From a virus: a DNA stretch of 64,000 nt. Every line of letters starts with the position of its first letter. Position 1 is the first letter of the stretch. The DNA is taken from IMG/VR virus record IMGVR_UViG_3300005913_000002; one strand, written 5' to 3'. The notes beneath the pieces were generated by a model that was not told where the DNA came from, ran no database searches, and saw only the letters and a program-made list of their open reading frames with translations. Both the position numbers and the translations under genes were made by a program. Positions 1 through 10,885 of the stretch are shown one piece after another.

Positions 1-3
1 AGT

Positions 4-1173
4 GTGCAAGGTGGAGATACATTATCAGGAAGGTATTTTTATACAGATTTTTTACCCAATCAAGAACTCGATGTTGATCCTGTTGCATGGTATCAATTGA
101 TTGCTGATTTTAAAGATCAATTTATAGAAAACAAAAATATTGACAACTCATCAATTGGATTTTTTAATCCAGGTTATGGTGGATTTAACGATCTCAGAGC
201 AGTTAGTACAACTACATCAACTGGCACAGATAGTGGCGCATTATTAGTATACGGCGGAGCAGGCATCGGCGGCGACGTTAATATTGACGGACTTACAAAA
301 GTTTGGAATTCGACAAGTGCAACTTCTACCTTTACAGGTGCTATGCAAATAGCAGGAGGTTTAGGTGTTAACGGCGCAATTTATGCTCGATCAATATATG
401 TTGACGGAGTACCACTAGATGAACCTTTTTGGAATGGTGGACAAATAACTAGTCCGTTCTATGTGGCTAACATCGAAGGCGCAACAAGCACCATGACAGG
501 TGCATTAAAAGTACTCGGCGGCGCAGGCATAGGCGGTGCATTGTATGTAGGCGAAAGTATTACATTAGAAAGTCCTAATCAAGTTGATAGTGTTTACTTT
601 CGTATGCGAAATACTGCAACTAACGGACAAAGTTACACATGGAGAGTAGGCGGAAATAACTTTGCAGGCCAAAGTGGTGCCAACTTAAATGAAGGCGGTC
701 TAACTTTATATAATGACACAAACAATACATACCGTTTAGCAATAACAAAAGGTACAGGAAACCTGCTTGTAGGTGCTCAAACAGACAACGGAACAGACAA
801 ATTACAAGTGTCCGGTAGTGTCCGATTCGGAGACGGTCAACTGTTTACTCGTAGTACCAGCATAAATAACACTAGTACTACAGTTATAGACAGTTTTCCT
901 GCCGCAACTTACAGAACTGCAAAGTTATTAGTGCAAGTTGCTGACGGAATTGGGTCCGGAGCCAAGTTCCATGTAGTTGAGATCGTAACTTTACTTGATA
1001 ATGACGGAAACGTTTACAAGTCAGAATACGGTATTATTACAACAGGAGGGTCGTCGGGAGAGTTTGCAGTAGATTATAATGTAGGTGGTAACGGATTAGT
1101 TAGACTATTATTCACAGCAGACCAAACAACGGCAAAATTGGTAAAAGTCTTAAGGACAGCAATAAGCAGGTAA
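4..1173 (+). CDS. virion structural/fibre protein, 5' probably truncated by window edge
   Basis: Repeated TGALxVxGGxGIGG motifs; C-terminal domain (IDSF..YRTAKLLVQV..HVVE..YGII) shared with next ORF. Confidence 0.6.
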   Translation: MQGGDTLSGRYFYTDFLPNQELDVDPVAWYQLIADFKDQFIENKNIDNSSIGFFNPGYGGFNDLRAVSTTTSTGTDSGALLVYGGAGIGGDVNIDGLTKVWNSTSATSTFTGAMQIAGGLGVNGAIYARSIYVDGVPLDEPFWNGGQITSPFYVANIEGATSTMTGALKVLGGAGIGGALYVGESITLESPNQVDSVYFRMRNTATNGQSYTWRVGGNNFAGQSGANLNEGGLTLYNDTNNTYRLAITKGTGNLLVGAQTDNGTDKLQVSGSVRFGDGQLFTRSTSINNTSTTVIDSFPAATYRTAKLLVQVADGIGSGAKFHVVEIVTLLDNDGNVYKSEYGIITTGGSSGEFAVDYNVGGNGLVRLLFTADQTTAKLVKVLRTAISR

Positions 1174-1191
1174 AATGTTAAGGATTAAGAA

Positions 1192-4100
1192 ATGGCAAAC
1201 ATAAAAGATTTCGTCGTAAAACAAGGCATAGTTGCAGAAGGGACCGCAGCGTCCAATAACACTGCAACTGGTGCATTACTTGTAGGCGGCGGAGCGGGTA
1301 TAGGCGGTAACGTCAACATTGGTGGTTATATTAAAAGGCAGGGAGATGTAACTAGCGATACACACAGTCTAGGTGCGCAATTATCTTTTAGAGATGCGGT
1401 ATTCACTGATAGTTTAGTAACAGGCAGATCAGCCTGGGGTATTGTAAACTATTTTGGCAATCCACAATTAGATACAATCAGTGAAGATGCAACATACACT
1501 AACGCTACTAACATCTTTATTAAAGGTCCTGCTCAAGCAGTTGCTGGCGGCAATTTAACAATTGAAAAGTCTTGGGCATTATATGCTAGTTCAGGTAGTT
1601 TTTATATTGGTGAAACAAGTGGCAGTACAAGTACTGCGGCTGGCCAAGCATTACAGATAGCAGGCGGTGTTAGTTTTGGCAACGGAATTTACGGCGCAGG
1701 TGGCGGAAGTCTATTCGGTTACTACGAAATTGATGGTAGCCAAGTTTTAACAAAGGCAACACAAAACGTAGGTCTTGCAGAATTTCCAGACGGCATTTTA
1801 ATATCAACTTCTACGCAAGCAGTTAGCACAGCAACAGGAGCATTAGTTCTTTCAAACGGCGGCGGCATTGGCGTTGCAGGCAATGTATATGTAGGTGGAT
1901 ACTTAGCAGTATTAACAACTGCAACAATTTTAGGCACAGAAAATGCATCCAGCACATCAACTGGAGCGTTAAGACTCGAAGGCGGTCTAGGCATAGGGCA
2001 AGATCTGTTTGCACAAAACGGCGTCTTTGTTTCTGGAAATTCAAATACTAGCACGGTCGGCGGCAACAGTGTTCAAATTACTAGTGGTGGCGGCCTAGGT
2101 GTTAGCGGGTCTGCATTAATTCAAGGTCTAGTATACTTAGAAAACACTACAGACTCAGATGCTGTTGACACAGGTGCATTGGTTGTACGAGGCGGTGTTG
2201 GAATTGAACAAAATTTAACAGTTAATACTGTTGATATTGTAGGTACAACCTTAGCAACTGATGAAAGTTCAGGTGCATTAACAGTTGCAGGCGGCGTAGG
2301 AATTGCTGGTAATTTAGTAATTGGTGCTACTGACAGTTCTACTGGAACTACTGCATCAAATGCATTAGTTGTAGCAGGCGGCGGATACTTTGGCGGCGAT
2401 TTGTCAGTTAAAGGAACAACAGTAATTGAAGGAGACCTATTACTATTAGGTATAGGTACACAAGTCACAATTAATTCAACAAATACTTACATTGTTGATC
2501 CGTTAGTCGAAATTGGCGGCGGTATAGATGGTTCTATGCTAACTGTTCCAGATGTATATGACAAAGGTTTATTAATACATTATCAAAATGCAGCAAGTAC
2601 AGTAACAGATTGGCGTGCATTTATTGGTCTAGAAAACACTACTGAACGCTTTATCTTTAAAACAGATATTGATCCTAGCGTAGAAGGTGAAGATCCCTTT
2701 GGCGATTATTATAACAGCGGTACCTGGAGTACATTAGAAGCAGGTAGTTTAGTTTTAAGAAATGATTTAACAGTTAACGGAACAGCAAATGTTACCGGAT
2801 CTGCTGAGTTTGAAAATACTGTAACATTTACTAGTGCAGCATTTTCATCGACACAAATTTTAGATAATGCGTTACAAGTTCCAAATGGCGGCATTGGCGC
2901 AAGATATTTGTACATTGAAGAATCTGGTTTTATTAAAAATGCTGAAATTCTAACAACTGGTACAATTAACAATAACATCGGCGGATTGTTTACTAATACT
3001 TTCCAGTTTGCTAACTTAACTGAGGCAAACAGTACTGACACCGGCGCAGTAACAGTTGGTGGCGGCGTTGGTATTGGTGGTAATTTATATGTTGGCGGCA
3101 ATCAAGTACTGTACGGAACATTATCTATTACAGATGAAACACAATCTGTAGACAGTAGTACAGGAGCATTAACTGTTCTTGGTGGTGTTGGCGTTGGTAA
3201 GAATCTAAATGTAGGCGGAACTGTTGCAATTACAGACGCAACTAACAGTACCGGTACTGATAATGGTGCGTTGACTGTGGCAGGCGGCGCCGGCATTGCA
3301 GGTGATGTATATGTCGGCGGCTTTATTGTAGCAACTAACACTGTAACTGTTTATCAATTAATTGTCACAAGCGAAGAAGATAGCACAGCAACAGATAATG
3401 GTGCTGTAACTATTGCAGGCGGCATAGGTGTTGGCAAAACTATAAATGCAGATAGAATTAATGTTCAAACTGCTAGTATTAACAGCGGAACAAGTTCTAC
3501 TTCAACTAATACAGGTGATTTAGTAGTTACTGGTGGTGCAGGTATCGGTGAAAACTTACATGTAGGAAATAATCTACAAGTTTACTCAACATTAACATCA
3601 ATAAGCACTAATACAGGTGCATTAGTAGTCGAAGGCGGTGCCGGCATCGGTAAAGATGTCTACATTGGTGGTAAAATTACTAGAAACGGTGAAGTTACTG
3701 TAAGCCAATTAAACTTGGGCGGTGCAGCACTAGCAATTTCGACCTCTACATATATAGACGAACTGTCAAGCGGCACACCTAGCAGTTTAGCAATTAATAG
3801 TTTTGGTCGTCCTACAATTGTAGGAACATTAAATCCAACATGGGGCGATGCTTCTACATTATATATCGATAATGCTCCGCAATTTACAGGTGGAGCCGAT
3901 GCTACACGCAAGTGGGCCGCATTCGTTAATCAGGGTGCAGTAAAAATTGCAACTGGCACAGTTAACAACGGTACTACAAATAGTGGTGCATTACAAGTTG
4001 TTGGTGGTGTTGGCGTTGGCGGTTCACTAACCGTTGGTGGAAAAGTTAAAGCAAACACTGTTGAAGTTGGATCTAACTTAATTAGTTCTCCGGGAATTAC

Positions 4101-4416
4101 AGGTAAGAGCGATGCAACTGCTGCAACTATTGATACATATGTAGGTAACGAATTTACTACAGCAAAATATCTAGTACAAGTTAATGATTTAGGAACACCT
4201 AACAAGTTCCATGTTGTAGAATTAATGGTAACATATGATGGCAGTGCTGCAACCAGCGGCGTTTATATCAGTCAATACGGTATTATTACAAACACAGGCG
4301 AATTGGGCACGTTTGATGTCACTTACAATTTAGGTGATATCAATGTTATCTTTACACCAAACTATACTCCAGTAAGTATGAGTATACGAGCGGTGCGATT
4401 TGCAATCATAACTTAA
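1192..4416 (+). CDS. Gly/Thr-rich repeat virion fibre protein (1074 aa)
   Basis: Many TGALxVxGGxGIG repeats; N-term DFVVKQG like next ORF; AAGGA RBS. Confidence 0.65.
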   Translation: MANIKDFVVKQGIVAEGTAASNNTATGALLVGGGAGIGGNVNIGGYIKRQGDVTSDTHSLGAQLSFRDAVFTDSLVTGRSAWGIVNYFGNPQLDTISEDATYTNATNIFIKGPAQAVAGGNLTIEKSWALYASSGSFYIGETSGSTSTAAGQALQIAGGVSFGNGIYGAGGGSLFGYYEIDGSQVLTKATQNVGLAEFPDGILISTSTQAVSTATGALVLSNGGGIGVAGNVYVGGYLAVLTTATILGTENASSTSTGALRLEGGLGIGQDLFAQNGVFVSGNSNTSTVGGNSVQITSGGGLGVSGSALIQGLVYLENTTDSDAVDTGALVVRGGVGIEQNLTVNTVDIVGTTLATDESSGALTVAGGVGIAGNLVIGATDSSTGTTASNALVVAGGGYFGGDLSVKGTTVIEGDLLLLGIGTQVTINSTNTYIVDPLVEIGGGIDGSMLTVPDVYDKGLLIHYQNAASTVTDWRAFIGLENTTERFIFKTDIDPSVEGEDPFGDYYNSGTWSTLEAGSLVLRNDLTVNGTANVTGSAEFENTVTFTSAAFSSTQILDNALQVPNGGIGARYLYIEESGFIKNAEILTTGTINNNIGGLFTNTFQFANLTEANSTDTGAVTVGGGVGIGGNLYVGGNQVLYGTLSITDETQSVDSSTGALTVLGGVGVGKNLNVGGTVAITDATNSTGTDNGALTVAGGAGIAGDVYVGGFIVATNTVTVYQLIVTSEEDSTATDNGAVTIAGGIGVGKTINADRINVQTASINSGTSSTSTNTGDLVVTGGAGIGENLHVGNNLQVYSTLTSISTNTGALVVEGGAGIGKDVYIGGKITRNGEVTVSQLNLGGAALAISTSTYIDELSSGTPSSLAINSFGRPTIVGTLNPTWGDASTLYIDNAPQFTGGADATRKWAAFVNQGAVKIATGTVNNGTTNSGALQVVGGVGVGGSLTVGGKVKANTVEVGSNLISSPGITGKSDATAATIDTYVGNEFTTAKYLVQVNDLGTPNKFHVVELMVTYDGSAATSGVYISQYGIITNTGELGTFDVTYNLGDINVIFTPNYTPVSMSIRAVRFAIIT

Positions 4417-4421
4417 CATAC

Positions 4422-4445
4422 AGGGCAACTTAGTTGCCCTTTTTT
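4422..4445 (+). terminator. rho-independent terminator
   Basis: AGGGCAAC-TTA-GTTGCCCT followed by T run. Confidence 0.85.
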
Positions 4446-4452
4446 ATTTTGG

Positions 4453-4460
4453 TATAAATA
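4453..4460 (+). promoter_or_regulatory. T4-type late promoter TATAAATA
   Basis: Exact T4 gp55 consensus directly after terminator. Confidence 0.75.
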
Positions 4461-4502
4461 CTCGAATAATATACATCGCCGTCATGTGGAAAGGGAAACT
4501 GA

Positions 4503-7500
4503 ATGGCACAAGCAGATTTCATCGTTAAAAACGGTGCAGTAATTCTTAATGGGTTAACTGCCACCTCAACAAGTACAACATCGGGTGCCTTGGTAATTCA
4601 AGGCGGTATTGCTACATCAGGGCAATCAACATTTGGTGGCAATTTAAACATTGTAAACACTACTACCGCAGTATCAGACACTACTGGTGCGTTAACTGTA
4701 GTAGGCGGAGTGGGTATTACTGGTGACTTATGGGTCAAAGGAGTAAATCTTACTCAAAGTGATCCTCATGTAGTTTATGTTTCCGAGTCAGGCAATGATG
4801 CAAACGACGGGTTATTGCCGCAGTCTTCAGTACAAACAATTAAACAAGGTTTAATTTTAGCCAGAAATATATATGATACTACTGGTCAGGGTGCAGATGT
4901 TAGTTTACACGCAGGTGTGTACGTAGAAGAATTTCCGTTATATGTATCAACAGGTACTGCTGTTAAAGGAGCAGGACTTCGTCAAGTAACAGTTCGTCCT
5001 ACTACTGCTACAAATACTTTTACGGGTTTTTTGCTAGACGGCGAAACAACTATCAGCGACTTTGCTATTACAAGTTTTTATAAACCTGGTTATGCATTTG
5101 CTTATGCTCCTAATGCAAAAATTACAACACGCAGTCCTTACGTTGAGCGTTTTTCCGTAATTACAAGAGGTTCAAACCCTACTGCTAACGATCCGTATGG
5201 ATACGATAGCAACGACGCAGGCGGCGGCGCATACTTAGATGGAAGTCAAGTTGATAAATCTTCATTAGAAGCAGCATTTTTATTCAACGAAGCCACGTTT
5301 ATTACTCCTAGTTCTACTGCTATCTACGCAACTAACGGAACTAGAGTTGAATTACTAAACGGATTTAGTTACTTCAGCGAAAAAGGTATTCACTTTGAAA
5401 GTGGATCAGAAGGTTGGGGCGGAGCAGGTCAAACTAAATTACGTCTCGCTAATACTACAGGCACATTTGCTGTAGGTGATTTCTTATACTACAAAGGTTC
5501 TACAGGAACCGTAGTTGCTAGTGGTGAAATTGCTGCTGTAGATTCTGATTATATCTACATCGATGGAAAAGCATCTGGATTTATTGAGTCAGCAGACCGT
5601 GCTGGAAAAGTTGTTAACGTTTACGGCAACACTGAAATCAGCAGTTTTCAGCGTAAAATTGGTAACGGATCTGTGCATTTTACAACAGATGGTGATTTAT
5701 TAGACATTGTTAGTGATGCCGATCTTCAATATGGTACAGGTGCATATACATTAGAAGCATGGGTATTTTTAGATCAAGGTGGTAGAACACAACAGATCTT
5801 TAACAAAGGTACTACTGTAGCCACTGAATTTGGTTTATATATCGACTCTGCTAATAAAGTAACTGGTCAACATAGTAGTACATTAATGACAGGTACTAGT
5901 GTATTGAGCACAGGCACTTGGTACCACGTTGCCTTATCAAGAGATACTGGAAATAATTTATACTTGTTTGTAGACGGAGGATTAGAAGCGACCGATACTT
6001 CTACTGCAAATACTACAAACGGTGAAAGTTTAACAATTGGTGGTAAAACTGGAGTTGCTAGCAACTCAATTAGAGGTTATATTGACGAAGCACGAGTAAG
6101 TTCAGTTGCTAGATATACAGCCGGCTTTACTCCGTTAACAATTTCTTTTAATTCTGACATCAGCACTACTGTTCTAATCCACGGTGATGGTGCAGATACA
6201 AGCATTGATATTAAAGATGACGGCCAAGGTTCTCAAAATGTTTACACAACAACTGCAACAAGTGAAGATTCAGTAATTGCTAGTGCGCAGGCTATTATTC
6301 TTGCAGACTATAGACAATTTGGCGGTGAATTGCGCTCAATTGGTTCTGCAGTCTGTTACGGCAACTACGGTATATACGCAGATGGTGAAGGTGTTGACCT
6401 AAAAGCAATTGCATTTAACATGAGTTATATTGGATCAGGAAAAGATCTATCCAATGACGCTACTTTAGCAGTTCAAGCAAATGAAATTATTAGTCTAAAT
6501 GGTGCTAAGGTATACTATCAAACAGTTGACCATATTGGAGATTTTAGAGTTGGACCTGAATTCCGTATTAATCAACGTACAGGTAACGTTGACTTTGGAA
6601 CTGCTAACTTCCGGTTAGGCCCGTTATCTAGTTTAACAGTTAGTGACGGTGTTAATGCTGTTGTTGTACAACCTAGTAGCATTTCAGTAGGATCGCTGTT
6701 GCTTGGCGGCAATAGAATACAAACTATTAGCGGCAACTTAATTTTAGATCCTAATGGAAGTTTAACTACAATTGAAAGTGATTTACAAGTAAATGGCGGC
6801 TTAAACTTTACAGGACAATTTTTAGCAACTAGTGTAGCAAACAGTACTAGTACTACTACTGGTGCTATTGTCGTTAGTGGCGGCATTGGTCTTGCAAAAG
6901 ATTTATATGTTGGAGGAAATGCAACTGTTGCTGGAAATTTAATAGTTAAAGGATTAACTACTACAGTTAATAGTACTCAAACAAGTATCAGCGATCCTGT
7001 ATTAGATTTAGGTACTGGAGCAGATAATACTGATATTGAAATTAATGATGGATGGGATCGAGGATTATTATTTCATTACAACACATCGCCCACTCAAAGT
7101 GTAGCAAGTTATACTAGAAGTTTCTTTGGTATGGACAATGCTTCTGAGGATCTTGTTTACAAAGTTGGAGTTGCTAACGGAACACTTACTTCATTAGATC
7201 CTGACTTCTCTTCATTAGGAAGTTACGGCGGTGCAAAATTTGGTCGTCTATATTTAGAATTATTAACTCCTGGGTCTCCTAGTGACGGCGCACTAGTAGT
7301 TAAAGGCGGCGGCAGTATTGCCGGTGAGTTGTATGTACAAAATACTCAAGTAGTTACTACTGGAACTATAAATCAATATGCAGTAACTGAAGCAATTGGC
7401 GGAGAAGACATTGATGTAGACGTTAATATAGGAATAGTAACTTTTACAAATACTTCTACTTTACAATCAGTAACTAGTAGAGGAAGTCAAACTGACCAAA

Positions 7501-10500
7501 TTGTCTACTTTACAAATACTACAAATTCATTTAATACTATAACTGGTGCTGTAGTAATTACAGGCGGACTAGGTGTAGGTCAAGATATACACGCAGAAGA
7601 CATTTATTCTAACGGTGCGTTAGTTGTTACAGAAGGCACAATTGGTGCATTAGGTATTACTGCACTATATGCAGGAACTGACACTGCTGTTAGCAGCCAA
7701 ACAGGTATTGTTTACGTATGGAGCACTTCTACTTTAGAAACAGTAACGTCTAGGGGAAGTTCTACTAGTCACATTATAACATTTACTAATACTGAAGAAT
7801 CTACTGCAACAGATAACGGTTCAGTAGTTGTTTCCGGAGGTGTTGGAGTTGGTGGTAATTTAAATGCAAGTCAAATATTTGCAAATGTTGGATATTTTAT
7901 CGGTGGCAATTCTTCAGTATCAGAAACTACTGGCGATTTAATTGTAACAGGTGGCGCTGGTATCGGTGAAAATTTAAACATTGCTGGAATTACAACTGTA
8001 CTATCCAATCAATCATCTATTGATACATCAACAGGTGCATTGTTAGTAGTAGGCGGCGTTGGCATTGGTCAAGATCTAAATGTAGAAGGTGAAATTACAA
8101 GCAATATCGGACAATTAACTTTGAATGGTATATCATCGTTAATTAATGCAACATCAAATTTAGATATTACTGGTGGAAGTAATTTAGGAATTACATCAGT
8201 AGGACAACTAACTATCGGTTCTTCTTTAGCAGTGGTATTTACTGATACAAGTGTAGTATATATTAACGGAACAGTAAATGCAACTAACAGCGGATCAGGA
8301 GCATTAGTCGTAGCAGGCGGCGCCGGGTTTGGCGGCAACATTTACGCAGCAAATATTTTCTCAAATAACAGCCAAGTAATTACTAGTGCAAACTTAGGTG
8401 CGTTTGGTGTAACGTCATTAACTACTGGTTCAGGAATATCAATATCTACGACAACTGGCGCAGTAATAATTGAATCAATTGACACATTACAAGATGTAAC
8501 CAACAGATGGTCAACTACAACAAATATAGTTACTATACAAAATGATACAGCAGCAAGCAATACTGCAACCGCAGCATTAATTGTTCAGGGAGGCGGCATC
8601 GCAAGTGATAGTTTGTATACTAATTTTGCAATTGTTGGAACTAATTTACAAGTTGACGGTAGCGCACAAATAAATGATGTATCTGATGCAAGCAACGAAA
8701 CTACAGGAGTATTAACTGTTGCCGGCGGCGTTGGCGTTGCAAAGAGTTTATGGGCCGCAGCATTGTATGACGACGGCCAGCGTGTTGTAACTAAGATTAA
8801 TCCTAATTCTGGACCTGGTATTACAATCACTGACGAAATTGGTATTGGAACAGCAACAAGTTTTACAATTAATAATGCAGGTGTTATTGCTGCTGTTGGT
8901 AGTGCGTACATTGGAATAAGTTCAGCAACAGGTATCGTTACAATTACTAACTTAGGTGTACAAACTCTAACCGCAGGTACAGATACAAGTGTAAGTAGAT
9001 CAACTGGTACTGTGACAATTTGGAGCACTAGTACATTGCAATCAGTAACTAATAGAGGTGCAACAACTGATAACGCAATAAGCATTACTAACACTACAGA
9101 TGCTAATACTTCCACTGCCGGGGCATTAATTGTTGGCGGTGGCGCCGGAGTTGCTAAGAATTTAATTGTTGGCGGTAATGCTGCTGTTTACGGCAATCTA
9201 CAGGTATACGGTAAGCAGACTTATGTAAATTCAACTCAAACTGTAATTACTGATCCGGTAATCGGAGTAGGTGCAGGAATAGACAACAGCAATTTAGGTG
9301 TTAATGATGGTTTAGATCGTGGTATATTGATGCACTACAATACTACTGCTACTGAAAACATATTCTACGACAATCATGCCTTCTTAGGTATGGACAATGC
9401 TACACAAACGCTTGTGTATAAAACAGATGTTTACCCAGAAGGAGTTCAAGAATTTCCTGCACTATTCTCCAACACAGGCTCATTTGGATTAGCACAGTTT
9501 GGTGGATTGTCCTTAACAAATAACACAGTTGCTTCAAATACATCAACTGGCGCTTTAACTGTAGATGGCGGTGTCGGCATTGGTGGAGCATTGTATGTTA
9601 AAGATGCAATTTTTGTTAACGGCAATCAAGTTCTCACATCAGGCGGTGGAGGCGGTAGCGGATATGTAGAAGCATTGTATGCAGGAACAGATACCGCAGT
9701 TAGTGCAAATGCAGGTGAAGTTACAATATGGAACACAAGTACGCTTCATTCTGTTACTGAACGAGGTAATCAAACTGCGTTTAATATAATTATTGGAAAT
9801 GTAACTACTGCATCAAATGCAACTGAAAATGGTGCATTTAAGGTATCAGGAGATACAATTCTAAGTAAGAGCGCATTTATTGTAAACAATGCAATTTTAG
9901 GTGCAGAACTTCCTGCAGCATCTGATTCGAATGCAAATTTATTCTTACCATTTAGAGGAACCCCGGGTACTTATAGAAATTATGTAGAATTACAAGCAGT
10001 TAATGCAAACGACGTTTCAAATTTAGATGGCGGCGCATTTATTAAATTTCGTACAAGCACAACAGCAGCATACGGTCCGGAAATTGGTGGCGTTAGGCGT
10101 GCAAGTGGCGATGGCGATTTTGTAATTAGAACAGGTAGTAACACACCGCAAGATAGAGTCACTGTTAAAGATGACGGCGACGTTGTAATGACTGGCGATT
10201 TATCTGCCGGTAGTTTACAAAACACTCCGGTCGGTAGTGTAACATCTAGCACAGCAAGATTTACAACTCTCGAAGCCAACGGCGCAGTTAAACTTACTAA
10301 CACTACAGAAGCAACTAGTTCAGTAGACGGCGCAGTAGTTGTTGGCGGCGGCTTGGCAGTAGGTTCTAACATTGTTGTTGGACCTGGTGCAGAAACAAGA
10401 GGAGTTAAAAATGCTAACATTTATGCTAGCGGATCATTCACAACAGCCGGCGACGCCCAAGCAGGTACATATGTTTTACGAAAATCTTTAGGAACTACAT

Positions 10501-10847
10501 CACTTATTGCATTAACAACTGATGAAGGAATAGTAGGAACTACTAATCAAATAACTTTGCTTGACAATTCTTCTTACACTTTTAAAGTGTTAGTGACTGC
10601 AAGAGCAACTGCTTCGAGCAATGGCGGTGCGTGGGAATTTAACGGAGTTATTACTAGAGATACTGGTGCAGGATCGACTAATATGAGAATTGTAAACAAA
10701 ACTAAAATATGGTCAAGTTTAACTGGGTACGATGTTGAAGTTGTAGCAGACACTGCAAATGGGTCTTTGCAAGTTAGTGCAAAAGGCCATGACAGTAATT
10801 TTGTTAGATTCGTTGCAAGAGTAGATACTGTAGAAGTAACTACCTAA
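4503..10847 (+). CDS. giant virion fibre protein with LamG/ConA-like domain (2114 aa)
   Basis: VYVS.SGND.NDG motif, LamG-like TLEAWV..WYHVA..GYIDEARVS, many GALxVxGG and TLQSVTxRG repeats. Confidence 0.7.
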   Translation: MAQADFIVKNGAVILNGLTATSTSTTSGALVIQGGIATSGQSTFGGNLNIVNTTTAVSDTTGALTVVGGVGITGDLWVKGVNLTQSDPHVVYVSESGNDANDGLLPQSSVQTIKQGLILARNIYDTTGQGADVSLHAGVYVEEFPLYVSTGTAVKGAGLRQVTVRPTTATNTFTGFLLDGETTISDFAITSFYKPGYAFAYAPNAKITTRSPYVERFSVITRGSNPTANDPYGYDSNDAGGGAYLDGSQVDKSSLEAAFLFNEATFITPSSTAIYATNGTRVELLNGFSYFSEKGIHFESGSEGWGGAGQTKLRLANTTGTFAVGDFLYYKGSTGTVVASGEIAAVDSDYIYIDGKASGFIESADRAGKVVNVYGNTEISSFQRKIGNGSVHFTTDGDLLDIVSDADLQYGTGAYTLEAWVFLDQGGRTQQIFNKGTTVATEFGLYIDSANKVTGQHSSTLMTGTSVLSTGTWYHVALSRDTGNNLYLFVDGGLEATDTSTANTTNGESLTIGGKTGVASNSIRGYIDEARVSSVARYTAGFTPLTISFNSDISTTVLIHGDGADTSIDIKDDGQGSQNVYTTTATSEDSVIASAQAIILADYRQFGGELRSIGSAVCYGNYGIYADGEGVDLKAIAFNMSYIGSGKDLSNDATLAVQANEIISLNGAKVYYQTVDHIGDFRVGPEFRINQRTGNVDFGTANFRLGPLSSLTVSDGVNAVVVQPSSISVGSLLLGGNRIQTISGNLILDPNGSLTTIESDLQVNGGLNFTGQFLATSVANSTSTTTGAIVVSGGIGLAKDLYVGGNATVAGNLIVKGLTTTVNSTQTSISDPVLDLGTGADNTDIEINDGWDRGLLFHYNTSPTQSVASYTRSFFGMDNASEDLVYKVGVANGTLTSLDPDFSSLGSYGGAKFGRLYLELLTPGSPSDGALVVKGGGSIAGELYVQNTQVVTTGTINQYAVTEAIGGEDIDVDVNIGIVTFTNTSTLQSVTSRGSQTDQIVYFTNTTNSFNTITGAVVITGGLGVGQDIHAEDIYSNGALVVTEGTIGALGITALYAGTDTAVSSQTGIVYVWSTSTLETVTSRGSSTSHIITFTNTEESTATDNGSVVVSGGVGVGGNLNASQIFANVGYFIGGNSSVSETTGDLIVTGGAGIGENLNIAGITTVLSNQSSIDTSTGALLVVGGVGIGQDLNVEGEITSNIGQLTLNGISSLINATSNLDITGGSNLGITSVGQLTIGSSLAVVFTDTSVVYINGTVNATNSGSGALVVAGGAGFGGNIYAANIFSNNSQVITSANLGAFGVTSLTTGSGISISTTTGAVIIESIDTLQDVTNRWSTTTNIVTIQNDTAASNTATAALIVQGGGIASDSLYTNFAIVGTNLQVDGSAQINDVSDASNETTGVLTVAGGVGVAKSLWAAALYDDGQRVVTKINPNSGPGITITDEIGIGTATSFTINNAGVIAAVGSAYIGISSATGIVTITNLGVQTLTAGTDTSVSRSTGTVTIWSTSTLQSVTNRGATTDNAISITNTTDANTSTAGALIVGGGAGVAKNLIVGGNAAVYGNLQVYGKQTYVNSTQTVITDPVIGVGAGIDNSNLGVNDGLDRGILMHYNTTATENIFYDNHAFLGMDNATQTLVYKTDVYPEGVQEFPALFSNTGSFGLAQFGGLSLTNNTVASNTSTGALTVDGGVGIGGALYVKDAIFVNGNQVLTSGGGGGSGYVEALYAGTDTAVSANAGEVTIWNTSTLHSVTERGNQTAFNIIIGNVTTASNATENGAFKVSGDTILSKSAFIVNNAILGAELPAASDSNANLFLPFRGTPGTYRNYVELQAVNANDVSNLDGGAFIKFRTSTTAAYGPEIGGVRRASGDGDFVIRTGSNTPQDRVTVKDDGDVVMTGDLSAGSLQNTPVGSVTSSTARFTTLEANGAVKLTNTTEATSSVDGAVVVGGGLAVGSNIVVGPGAETRGVKNANIYASGSFTTAGDAQAGTYVLRKSLGTTSLIALTTDEGIVGTTNQITLLDNSSYTFKVLVTARATASSNGGAWEFNGVITRDTGAGSTNMRIVNKTKIWSSLTGYDVEVVADTANGSLQVSAKGHDSNFVRFVARVDTVEVTT

Positions 10848-10856
10848 AAATAAACA

Positions 10857-10864
10857 TATAAATA
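10857..10864 (+). promoter_or_regulatory. T4-type late promoter TATAAATA
   Basis: Exact consensus in short intergenic gap. Confidence 0.75.
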
Positions 10865-10885
10865 TTGGATAAGAGTTAGAAAACT

